A DNA stretch of 14,274 nucleotides from Archangiaceae bacterium (GTDB lineage Bacteria > Myxococcota > Myxococcia > Myxococcales > Myxococcaceae), in contig JAYVCD010000345.1 of assembly GCA_043750125.1 (NCBI GenBank), positions 1 through 14,274 on the forward strand, written 5' to 3'. This document shows positions 1 to 6,305 of the stretch, piece by piece; position 1 is the stretch's first letter, and the number at the start of each line of letters is the position of its first letter. Position numbers and translations under genes: made by a program. The notes below the pieces were generated by a model, which saw only the letters and a program-made list of their open reading frames with translations, did no database searches and was not told where the DNA came from.

Positions 1-96
1 AGGACAAGAACTCAAGAAGCGGTAGTCTGATTGTTCAACTTGGGGTGGATCAGTTTCACGCCGCCCAGGTGGATCAGTTTCAGAGCGGCCGGATCA
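1..96 (+). mobile_element. IS21-family insertion sequence terminus (probably right end), element extends beyond window
   Basis: The exact 15-bp direct repeat GGTGGATCAGTTTCA occurs at 44-58 and 68-82 (24-bp period) and the segment ends in CA at 95-96. Read inward it is TGATCCGGCCGCTCTGAAACTGATCCACC-N9-TGAAACTGATCCACC, the tandem transposase-binding-site layout of IS21 ends. Frame 1-30 (RTRTQEAVV*) could be the istB tail. Confidence 0.75.
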
Positions 97-254
97 CCAG
101 CAGCGGAGCGAGATTCCAGAAACGCCACCGAGGGCGCCGACTGGGCCAGGCACCCATAACGAATGGCATCGGGATCTACCGATGTGCCGGCATCCGAGGA
201 GCTCGGCTTCGCGTTTGGATTCGTGCCTGCCTTGAGCTCGTTGATGTCACTGAC
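97..254 (-). pseudogene. Fragment of an exported myxobacterial protein (TSP3-like Ca-binding motif plus MYXO-CTERM-like tail)
   Basis: Manual translation gives VSDINELKAGTNPNAKPSSSDAGTSVDPDAIRYGCLAQSAPSVAFL. This resembles the 'DGDGxSDxxELxAGTxPN...YGC' pattern of myxobacterial surface proteins. There is no start codon, and it is cut by the IS end and by the junction at 255/256. Confidence 0.55.
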
Positions 255-255
255 A

Positions 256-333
256 CGCTCGATGACCGCGTTCGACCCCGATGGCTACGCCTGTGAGTTC
301 GCGCAGGGCAAGCGCGGCCAGAACCAGACGTGG
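256..333 (+). pseudogene. C-terminal fragment of VOC/glyoxalase family protein (inverted relative to its N-terminus)
   Basis: RSMTAFDPDGYACEFAQGKRG matches the VOC C-terminal 'DPDGxxxE' motif. It lies inside the chimeric ORF 163..396. Confidence 0.7.
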
Positions 334-452
334 CGAATCATCGCGAACGCCGGCGCCGCGTTCACTTCGACCTTCAGTCCCAGCTTGCCGCTGTAAAAGG
401 CGACGGCCCGTTCAACGCTCTCGACGGTCAAGGTCAGTCCTTCGAACCTCAT
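333..452 (-). pseudogene. N-terminal fragment of VOC/glyoxalase family protein
   Basis: MRFEGLTLTVESVERAVAFYSGKLGLKVEVNAAPAFAMIR fits the VOC N-terminal 'V.S.ERA.AFY...LGL' motif. Similarity ends after 40 aa and the frame stops at 285. Confidence 0.75.
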
Positions 453-563
453 CTTTTCGCCCATGGTCAACGACGATAGGTTCAGGTTCGTGTAGCCGTA
501 TCGTACAAATTGGCCACCGGGCCCAAAGCTGCAAGTCGCATCTGACGGAAGCGTCCGCCGTCG

Positions 564-1031
564 CTAGGCCGGAGTGCAGACCAAAACCGCCACTCCACCG
601 TCCGGAGCAGGAGTGCAGTTGACGCGGTACGAGCACTTCGCCTTCGGTCCGTTGTAGCCGGCCAGCGACGTACCGGCAGCCTCGGCGAGCGCGGAATCAA
701 TCCACGGCCCCTCGCGCAGCAGACAGTCGCAATCGGTTGGCGAGCAGTTGACCGGGCGGGGCTCGCAGCACGTCTGGGTCGGGCTCGGGCTGGGCGGGAA
801 ATGGCAGTACACCGTCGACTGGATGTCCTCGGCCGCGTCACACGTGACCTGCGGCACCGCACACAACTCTTGATCTCCGGCTCCCGTCGGCGAGCGCAGC
901 GGGCCGTCGGAACACTTCTGCCGGGGATGCACCACCGGGCGGACCAAACCCGCAGCCGTGACCAGGTTTTCGGCCGGTCCACACCCGGCCAAGATTGAAA
1001 CTGTGAGCCCGATCATCCTTGCGTTGTTCAC
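564..1031 (-). CDS. Cys-rich hypothetical lipoprotein (155 aa)
   Basis: C-terminal part of ORF 564..1460. GTG at 1031 follows GAGGACAAA (SD-like). The signal peptide MNNARMIGLTVSILAG|C has an LAGC lipobox, and there are 12 further Cys. Confidence 0.7.
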   Translation of the reverse strand: MNNARMIGLTVSILAGCGPAENLVTAAGLVRPVVHPRQKCSDGPLRSPTGAGDQELCAVPQVTCDAAEDIQSTVYCHFPPSPSPTQTCCEPRPVNCSPTDCDCLLREGPWIDSALAEAAGTSLAGYNGPKAKCSYRVNCTPAPDGGVAVLVCTPA

Positions 1032-1167
1032 TTTGTCCTCTGCGTTTGCTTGAGCCCCTTGGACACCTACCGCCGCCTGAGTGGGACATCGGGCCCAACA
1101 AAATGCACAACCCCTGTCGGCGGACACTGTAAATCGCGACTCCTTGCGCGACATCGCTGCTCTCACG

Positions 1168-1308
1168 ACCAAACGCTTCCACAACCGCGCGACCGCGATC
1201 GAGATGGCGGAGGTAAAGCGCATGGAAAAGAAGACGGGCCTTCCGGTCTTCCTCACCGGCGACATGAACGAGACCACCGAGACCGACCAGAAGGTAACGG
1301 CCGGAACC
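1168..1308 (+). pseudogene. Internal fragment of endonuclease/exonuclease/phosphatase (EEP) family gene
   Basis: TKRFHNRATAIEMAEVKRMEKKTGLPVFLTGDMNE contains the EEP 'PxxxxGDxN' motif with high GC3. There is no credible start and the frame stops at 1318-1320. Confidence 0.6.
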
Positions 1309-1362
1309 GCTGCAGATTGAGGGGCCGGTGCCCTTGTCCAGCGAGCCGTAGGTCTGCACCTG

Positions 1363-1503
1363 GTTCGGGTGCTGGAAGGCGAGGCGATCTTTGCCGAACC
1401 GACGGGGGCCGCGGTGCGCAAGTGGCATTGGAAGCCCGCGACGCAGGGGGGCAAAGCCATCGCCGTCTACGAGGTGATTCGGGTCCCCTTCCGGCTTCAG
1501 TAA
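1363..1503 (+). pseudogene. C-terminal fragment of TonB-family energy transducer
   Basis: Manual translation VRVLEGEAIFAEPTGAAVRKWHWKPATQGGKAIAVYEVIRVPFRLQ* fits the TonB_C pattern 'AVxxWxxxPA..xG..V.....V.F.L'. An in-frame stop at 1318-1320 removes the N-terminal portion. Not in the ORF track. Confidence 0.7.
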
Positions 1504-1583
1504 CCGAAATGCGCACCTCGCGCTGAATGTCCGTGCCTCGCGCTGGCCCTGAGGGGAAACGAGAGCGAGGGGCGGAAAACAAA

Positions 1584-2179
1584 ATGAACGGATGGATGGA
1601 AGACCGGGTGTGCCTGATCACCGACGGCTGCTCGATGGACGGAAGACAGCTCGCCGTCTCGCTGGCGAGAATGGACGCGACGGTGGTGATCGTCGGCCCC
1701 GAAGGCAGCTGAAGTCGACCGAGCCGCTGCGCATCGTCAACGTCACCGCGGGCCGGCACGCCGATGCGCTCGAGCTGGACACCGTCAATGGTCCCCAACT
1801 CAGCTCCAGTCGCGCGTACGCGGCGGCGAAGTTGATGAACGTACTGTTTACCTACGAGCTGGCGCGCCGCACCGCGGGAACGAACGTGACCTGCAATTGC
1901 GTCCACCCCGCGGCGGGAATGTTTGCGACCGCTGCGACCGCTGCGGCCCGAGCCGTCGGCCCGCTGTTCCTCGCCACGTCCACGATGCTCGAGGACGTAA
2001 GCGGCAAATACTTCGTCGGAATGAAAGAAGCGAAGTCCGCCGACGTGTCCTACGACTCTGCGCTCGCCGGCAACCTGTGGAAGCTGAGCACCCAACTGGT
2101 CGGCCCGAACGCAGCCGCTCAGCCCACCCCTTCGATCACCCGCTCGCGGTTCCTCGCCAGAAATCCCGCGTTCAGCTGA
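1584..2179 (+). pseudogene. Short-chain dehydrogenase/reductase (retinol-DH-like) pseudogene
   Basis: The N-part MEDRVCLITDGCSMDG...DATVVIVG (degenerate TGxxxGxG) ends at 1712. The C-part is in another frame: RIVNVT...YAAAK (YxxxK)...LFTYELARR...NCVHP...VSGKYF...LWKLS. The central Rossmann segment is missing and there is a frameshift near 1710. Confidence 0.75.
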
Positions 2180-3696
2180 GCGAACGGCCGGGACACCGCG
2201 AAGGCCAGCGCGGCGAGCACCGCCATACCCGGAAGCAGCAGCGGCCGGGCGAAGTTGAACAGCGCCCACCAGGCGGAACCGAAGAGCGCTCCGCTGACCA
2301 GCGTGGTGGCGAGGCTGATCAACACCACCGGCAACGGAATCTGAGAGTTCTTCATGCTGGTGCGCTGCATTCGCCGCGGAAGCCAGATGCTGGTGCGCTG
2401 CCCGACCACGCCCTGGGCGAAAAAATAGCAGACGAAGAGCATCATTCCCGCGACCAGCTCATCGAGCTTCGGCTTCTGAATCAACAGCAACAGCCCGGTC
2501 AACAGCAGCGCCTGCAGGGCCTGCCAGGCCGCGAAGCCGAGCTGTTTTCCCTCGAGGATCGCGCGCTCGGAGATCGGCAACAGGAACAGCGCTTTCACCC
2601 CGTGCCCGTCGAGGCCGAACTGGTTGAAGCCCAGGCCGTTGGCGGCCAGCGAGATGTAGACGAACGCTCCGGGAATCAGCCACCGACCGGTGCCCGCCAT
2701 TTCACTGAACGGCCCGCGAATCAGAACCAGCGTCACCAGCGGCATCGCGAAGGCGAACTTTCCGAGGTGACTTCCCAGCAGCGTCTCGAGCTGAAGTCGC
2801 CCGACGCTGAGCACCGGGCTCGAGTGGCTCCACAGCTTCTGCGGCAGGCCGCTGCTGCCGACCACCGCCGAGTCGCGCTCGCGCAAGAGGACGAAGTAGC
2901 AGACGAGCAACACCCCGGCCGAGAGCAGCAACCCGCTCAGCAACCCCTGGAACTCGCCCAGGTGGGCGGCGCGAATCGCCTGCGAGGCCGGGAGGTAGGA
3001 CGCGAGCTCGACGACGTGTTCTCCGAATTTCCGCAACCCGGCGGCTCCTCCCCGCCCGCCCAGGGACGAGGGGCGGCTGGCGCGGGCGGCGATCACCTGG
3101 CTGAACACGAACGCCAGCCCGACGGTGGCCGCCAGCGCGCCCCGCATTCGCTTCACCAGCCGTTCGGCAAAGCTGCCCACCAACAGCTGCACGCACAACA
3201 GCAACAGCACCGACTGCAGCATCAGCAAGAACATCACCGGCGCCATCCGCGGCGCGGCGGCTGCGGTGGCGGCGCAGATTCCGAACAGCGCGGTGGCTTG
3301 AATCAGGGTGATCGCATCGCCCAGGCCGGCGAGGACTTCGGCGGAAAACAGCGTCATCGGGCTCAACGGATAGCCCCGGTACTGTTCCCACTCGAGCTGC
3401 TTGGCGCCGCCGGCGACGCCACCGACGATGCCGCCTCCGACTGAGACGGCGGTCAAGATGAGGCCGATGACGCTGCCCAGCTCGGGGCTTCCCTCGGGCG
3501 AGAAGGCCGAGCGGGCGACGAAGTAGGCGCCAATCGAAAAGCCGAAGACGATCGGAATCACTACGCTGACCGAGATCAGCAGGACGGCGATGGTCAACAG
3601 CACCACTCCGTTGGCTCCCAGCTGACGCACGAGCCGGTTCGACGAGGCCTGGAGGTGAGCGACGAGCACTCCGCGCAGCGGCGAAGTCAGAGCCAC
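2119..3696 (-). CDS. ABC transporter permease (multi-TM, ABC-2/export type), 525 aa
   Basis: Many hydrophobic helices. GTG at 3696 is preceded by AAGGAG and overlaps the 3' end of the upstream ATPase gene. Confidence 0.85.
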   Translation of the reverse strand: MALTSPLRGVLVAHLQASSNRLVRQLGANGVVLLTIAVLLISVSVVIPIVFGFSIGAYFVARSAFSPEGSPELGSVIGLILTAVSVGGGIVGGVAGGAKQLEWEQYRGYPLSPMTLFSAEVLAGLGDAITLIQATALFGICAATAAAAPRMAPVMFLLMLQSVLLLLCVQLLVGSFAERLVKRMRGALAATVGLAFVFSQVIAARASRPSSLGGRGGAAGLRKFGEHVVELASYLPASQAIRAAHLGEFQGLLSGLLLSAGVLLVCYFVLLRERDSAVVGSSGLPQKLWSHSSPVLSVGRLQLETLLGSHLGKFAFAMPLVTLVLIRGPFSEMAGTGRWLIPGAFVYISLAANGLGFNQFGLDGHGVKALFLLPISERAILEGKQLGFAAWQALQALLLTGLLLLIQKPKLDELVAGMMLFVCYFFAQGVVGQRTSIWLPRRMQRTSMKNSQIPLPVVLISLATTLVSGALFGSAWWALFNFARPLLLPGMAVLAALAFAVSRPFAQLNAGFLARNRERVIEGVG

Positions 3697-4430
3697 GACA
3701 GCTCTCCTTTTCGGCCGCCGCCCACCAGGCCGACGAAGTGCGACTCGAGGCTTTCTCCCGAGGCCTTGAGCTCGTCGAGCGCCCCGAACCCCTTCAGCTT
3801 TCCTTCGTCGATGATCGCGATCAACGGGCACAGCTTCTCGACCACCTCGAGGATGTGGCTGGTCAGCACCACCGTCACTGCGCGCTTCTGGAGCGAGAGC
3901 AGAATTTCCTTGATGGTGCGATTGGTCACCGCGTCGATGCCCTCGAACGGCTCGTCGAGGAACAACAGCCGGGGGCCGTGGATCAGCGCGGCGGACAGCG
4001 CGAGCTTCTTCTTCATTCCGAAGCTGTACTCGGAGATCAGCGCCTTCGCGGCGGGCTTCAAGTCGAGAATTTCGAACAGCTCGGCCGCGCGCGCATCGAT
4101 CGACTTGTCGTCCAGCCCGTACATCCGGCCGACGAAGCGCAGGTACTGGGGGCCGCGGAGCATCTCGAGCAGCGCCATGTCTTCGGGCATCACCCCCAGC
4201 TGGCGTTTGACTTCCAGCGGGTGCTCTTCGATCGAGAGGCCGAGCACCCGAATGCTGCCCGAGGTGGGCCGCAACAGCCCGGTCAACATCTTCAAGGTCG
4301 TCGATTTTCCCGCCCCGTTGCGGCCCAACAACCCGAGGAAGGAGCCAGGCTCGAGGGTGAGGCTCAGGTCATCGACCGCGACTTTGTCGCCGAAACGCTT
4401 GGTGACGTGAATCAGCTCGAGGGCGCTCAT
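3687..4430 (-). CDS. ABC transporter ATP-binding protein (ABC-2 type), 247 aa
   Basis: Walker A GRNGAGKST, signature YSFGMKKK, Walker B LFLDE, H-loop TSH. Start reassigned to MSALEL at 4430. Confidence 0.95.
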   Translation of the reverse strand: MSALELIHVTKRFGDKVAVDDLSLTLEPGSFLGLLGRNGAGKSTTLKMLTGLLRPTSGSIRVLGLSIEEHPLEVKRQLGVMPEDMALLEMLRGPQYLRFVGRMYGLDDKSIDARAAELFEILDLKPAAKALISEYSFGMKKKLALSAALIHGPRLLFLDEPFEGIDAVTNRTIKEILLSLQKRAVTVVLTSHILEVVEKLCPLIAIIDEGKLKGFGALDELKASGESLESHFVGLVGGGRKGELSWL

Positions 4431-4574
4431 GCTTTGCGCAGGTACATAGAGCCTGCGCGAATCGACACACCAGAAAATCAGAACATCCGCACCCCAACGT
4501 CGCTCTTGGGGCTGCGCTCGAATCGACGCCGGAAGGACGGAGCGGGGAGGCGTCCGTACCTCCCGGGCGGCTTG

Positions 4575-4587
4575 CAACGTCTTGATT
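4575..4587 (-). promoter_or_regulatory. Putative IHF binding site
   Basis: The reverse strand reads AATCAAGACGTTG, a perfect match to WATCAANNNNTTR. It lies 18-30 bp upstream of the sigma54 GG, in a locally AT-rich patch. Confidence 0.6.
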
Positions 4588-4602
4588 TTTCGAGCCCGAA
4601 GG

Positions 4603-4619
4603 CCGGCGCGGCGTTTGCT
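4603..4619 (+). promoter_or_regulatory. Putative sigma54 (-24/-12) promoter for the DUF1592 operon
   Basis: CCGGCGCGGCGTTTGCT versus consensus YTGGCACGNNNNTTGCW. GG (4605-06) and GC (4617-18) are separated by exactly 10 nt, and the site lies 13 nt before ATG 4632. Confidence 0.7.
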
Positions 4620-4631
4620 CAAGGGCTTCCC

Positions 4632-6305
4632 ATGTTCCGACGCCAGAACCTGTGCTGGTTGACCGCGGTCCTCTGGCTGGGGTGCGAGGGGCAGATCGAC
4701 GCACCCCTTCCGCGAGTCGCCGTCCCCACCGCCCACGCGGACGACGAGGTGCTGCGGACGCAGGACGAGAAGCTGTTCGACCTCGCGACACGGTATTTCC
4801 CCGGCCAGGATCCAAGTCCGGGTTCGACGCGCTTGTCCCGTCTGACCCGCCCGCAGCTCGACGCCACCACCCGCGCGTTGCTGCCGATGCAGTACGGGGC
4901 GTCGGCGGTGGCCGCGCTGCCGCGAGATCCGCTGCAGAAGAATTACGAGTACGCGGCCAACCTCGGCTTTACGCCGGTGAACTTCACTCCGTACCTGAAG
5001 TGGGTCGAGCCGAAGGTCGAGGGCGTCCGCGCGAATCCGGGTGGGGTGATTGCCTGCGCCGCGGGTAATTCTGCCTGCCTCGATACGGAAGCGCGGAAGT
5101 TCGTTGCCCGGGCCTTTCGCGGCGTGGTCACCGAGGCCAGGCTTGCGACGTTTGCCGCTTTTTATCTGGCGAACACCGCGCAGCTCGGGGTCGCGGACGC
5201 CACGGCCGACCTCGTCGACGTGACGCTTCATTCACCGGGCTACGTGTTTCGCGAAGAGATCCAGGTCGACGCGGCGGGCTTGCTCGCGCCCGCGCAGCAG
5301 CTGCAGAACCTGACGTACGTGCTCGCGGATGCTCCGCCCGAGGCGCTCGCGATGTCGTCGGCGACGCCTCAGCTGTACCTGCAGACCCCCGAAGAGCTCG
5401 CGAAGACCGTCGACCGGATCCTCGCGACGCCCGAGGCGCGGGCGAAGCTGCTCGGCTTCTTCGTCGCGTGGCTGGAGATCAAGGCGGCCGACGAGCTCAC
5501 GCTGAGCCCGAGCACCTACCCCTCGTTCACTCCGGCGGTCGCCGCCGCGGCCCTGGAAGAGACGCAGCGTTTTCTCGAGTTTTACCTGGGCAAGCCGAGC
5601 CCGAAGTTGAAGGACCTGACGCAATCCACCCAGTCGTTCGTCTCGCAGCCGCTGGCGGCGATCTACCAGCTGACGCAGACCCCATTGAACGGCGCGACGT
5701 TGATCGATCTCGACCCGGCGACGCGGCTGGGCCTCTTCACCCAGCCGGCGGTGATCGCTTCTCACTCCGGGCCGACGAGCACCCGGTTGGTCAAGCGCGG
5801 CGTCTTCTTCACCCGCAAGGTGATGTGCCTGCCGCTCGGCGCGGTGCCCAGCGATGTCAACACCATGCTCCCGGTGACCAACGGTCAGACCGAACGGGAA
5901 CGGATCGAACCGCCGACCCAGGCCGCGAAGTGCGCGGGCTGTCATTCGTTCATCAACCCGTTCGGGTTCGTGCAGGAGAACTACGACGCCGACGGGAAGT
6001 GGCGCACCACCGACAACGGGGTGGCGATCAACGCGGCGATCTCGGTGTCGTTTCTCGACGAAGGGAAGCTCGAGACCCAATCTCCGGTGACTGCGCTGAA
6101 GGCGTTCACCAGCTCGGCGCGGTTCAAGCAGTGCTTCGTGCGGCAGCTGTTTCGCTTTTACATGGGCCGAGACGAAGAGCCCGGCGACGACCCGCTGCTG
6201 CGCAAGATGTTCTTCGGCTTCGCGCGCAACGACGAGCAGGACCTGATCGGCCTGCTGCGCATGCTCGCTACGTCTTCTCACTTCTCACAGCGGGTGGCCC
6301 GATGA
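4632..6305 (+). CDS. DUF1592/DUF1595/DUF1588/DUF1585-domain lipoprotein with CxxCH motif, 557 aa
   Basis: Signal peptide with LWLG|C lipobox. Motifs RLTRPQL, ARAFR, LHSPGYVFREE, LTYVLADAPP, RLGLFTQPA...VKRGVF...MC, CAGCH (5931-5945)...NPFGFVQENYDADGKWR and CFVRQLFRFYMGR are recognised from this myxobacterial/planctomycete family. Start reassigned within ORF 3738..6305. Confidence 0.88.
   Translation: MFRRQNLCWLTAVLWLGCEGQIDAPLPRVAVPTAHADDEVLRTQDEKLFDLATRYFPGQDPSPGSTRLSRLTRPQLDATTRALLPMQYGASAVAALPRDPLQKNYEYAANLGFTPVNFTPYLKWVEPKVEGVRANPGGVIACAAGNSACLDTEARKFVARAFRGVVTEARLATFAAFYLANTAQLGVADATADLVDVTLHSPGYVFREEIQVDAAGLLAPAQQLQNLTYVLADAPPEALAMSSATPQLYLQTPEELAKTVDRILATPEARAKLLGFFVAWLEIKAADELTLSPSTYPSFTPAVAAAALEETQRFLEFYLGKPSPKLKDLTQSTQSFVSQPLAAIYQLTQTPLNGATLIDLDPATRLGLFTQPAVIASHSGPTSTRLVKRGVFFTRKVMCLPLGAVPSDVNTMLPVTNGQTERERIEPPTQAAKCAGCHSFINPFGFVQENYDADGKWRTTDNGVAINAAISVSFLDEGKLETQSPVTALKAFTSSARFKQCFVRQLFRFYMGRDEEPGDDPLLRKMFFGFARNDEQDLIGLLRMLATSSHFSQRVAR

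Noticed and set aside
44-82. Direct repeats as a CRISPR array
   Set aside because: Only two 15-bp units with a 9-bp spacer and no cas genes; they fit IS21 terminal repeats.
256-333. Programmed invertible (phase-variable) segment
   Set aside because: No flanking inverted repeats or recombinase were seen, and re-inversion would not restore the missing middle of the VOC gene.
163-396. 77-aa ORF as a real gene
   Set aside because: It is a chimera of antisense sequence flanking a 26-codon VOC fragment.
1897-3444. 515-aa plus-strand ORF (also 1253..2269, 5232..6281, 6619..7650, 8137..9885, 10728..11645 and similar)
   Set aside because: These are antisense or alternate-frame shadows of recognisable genes, Arg/Gln/Pro-rich and motif-free, as expected at high GC.
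3738-4631. Long N-terminal extensions of the DUF1592, ATPase, permease, DUF1552 and TPR ORFs in the ORF track
   Set aside because: They overlap other real genes; internal starts have signal peptides, SD sites or ATGA coupling.
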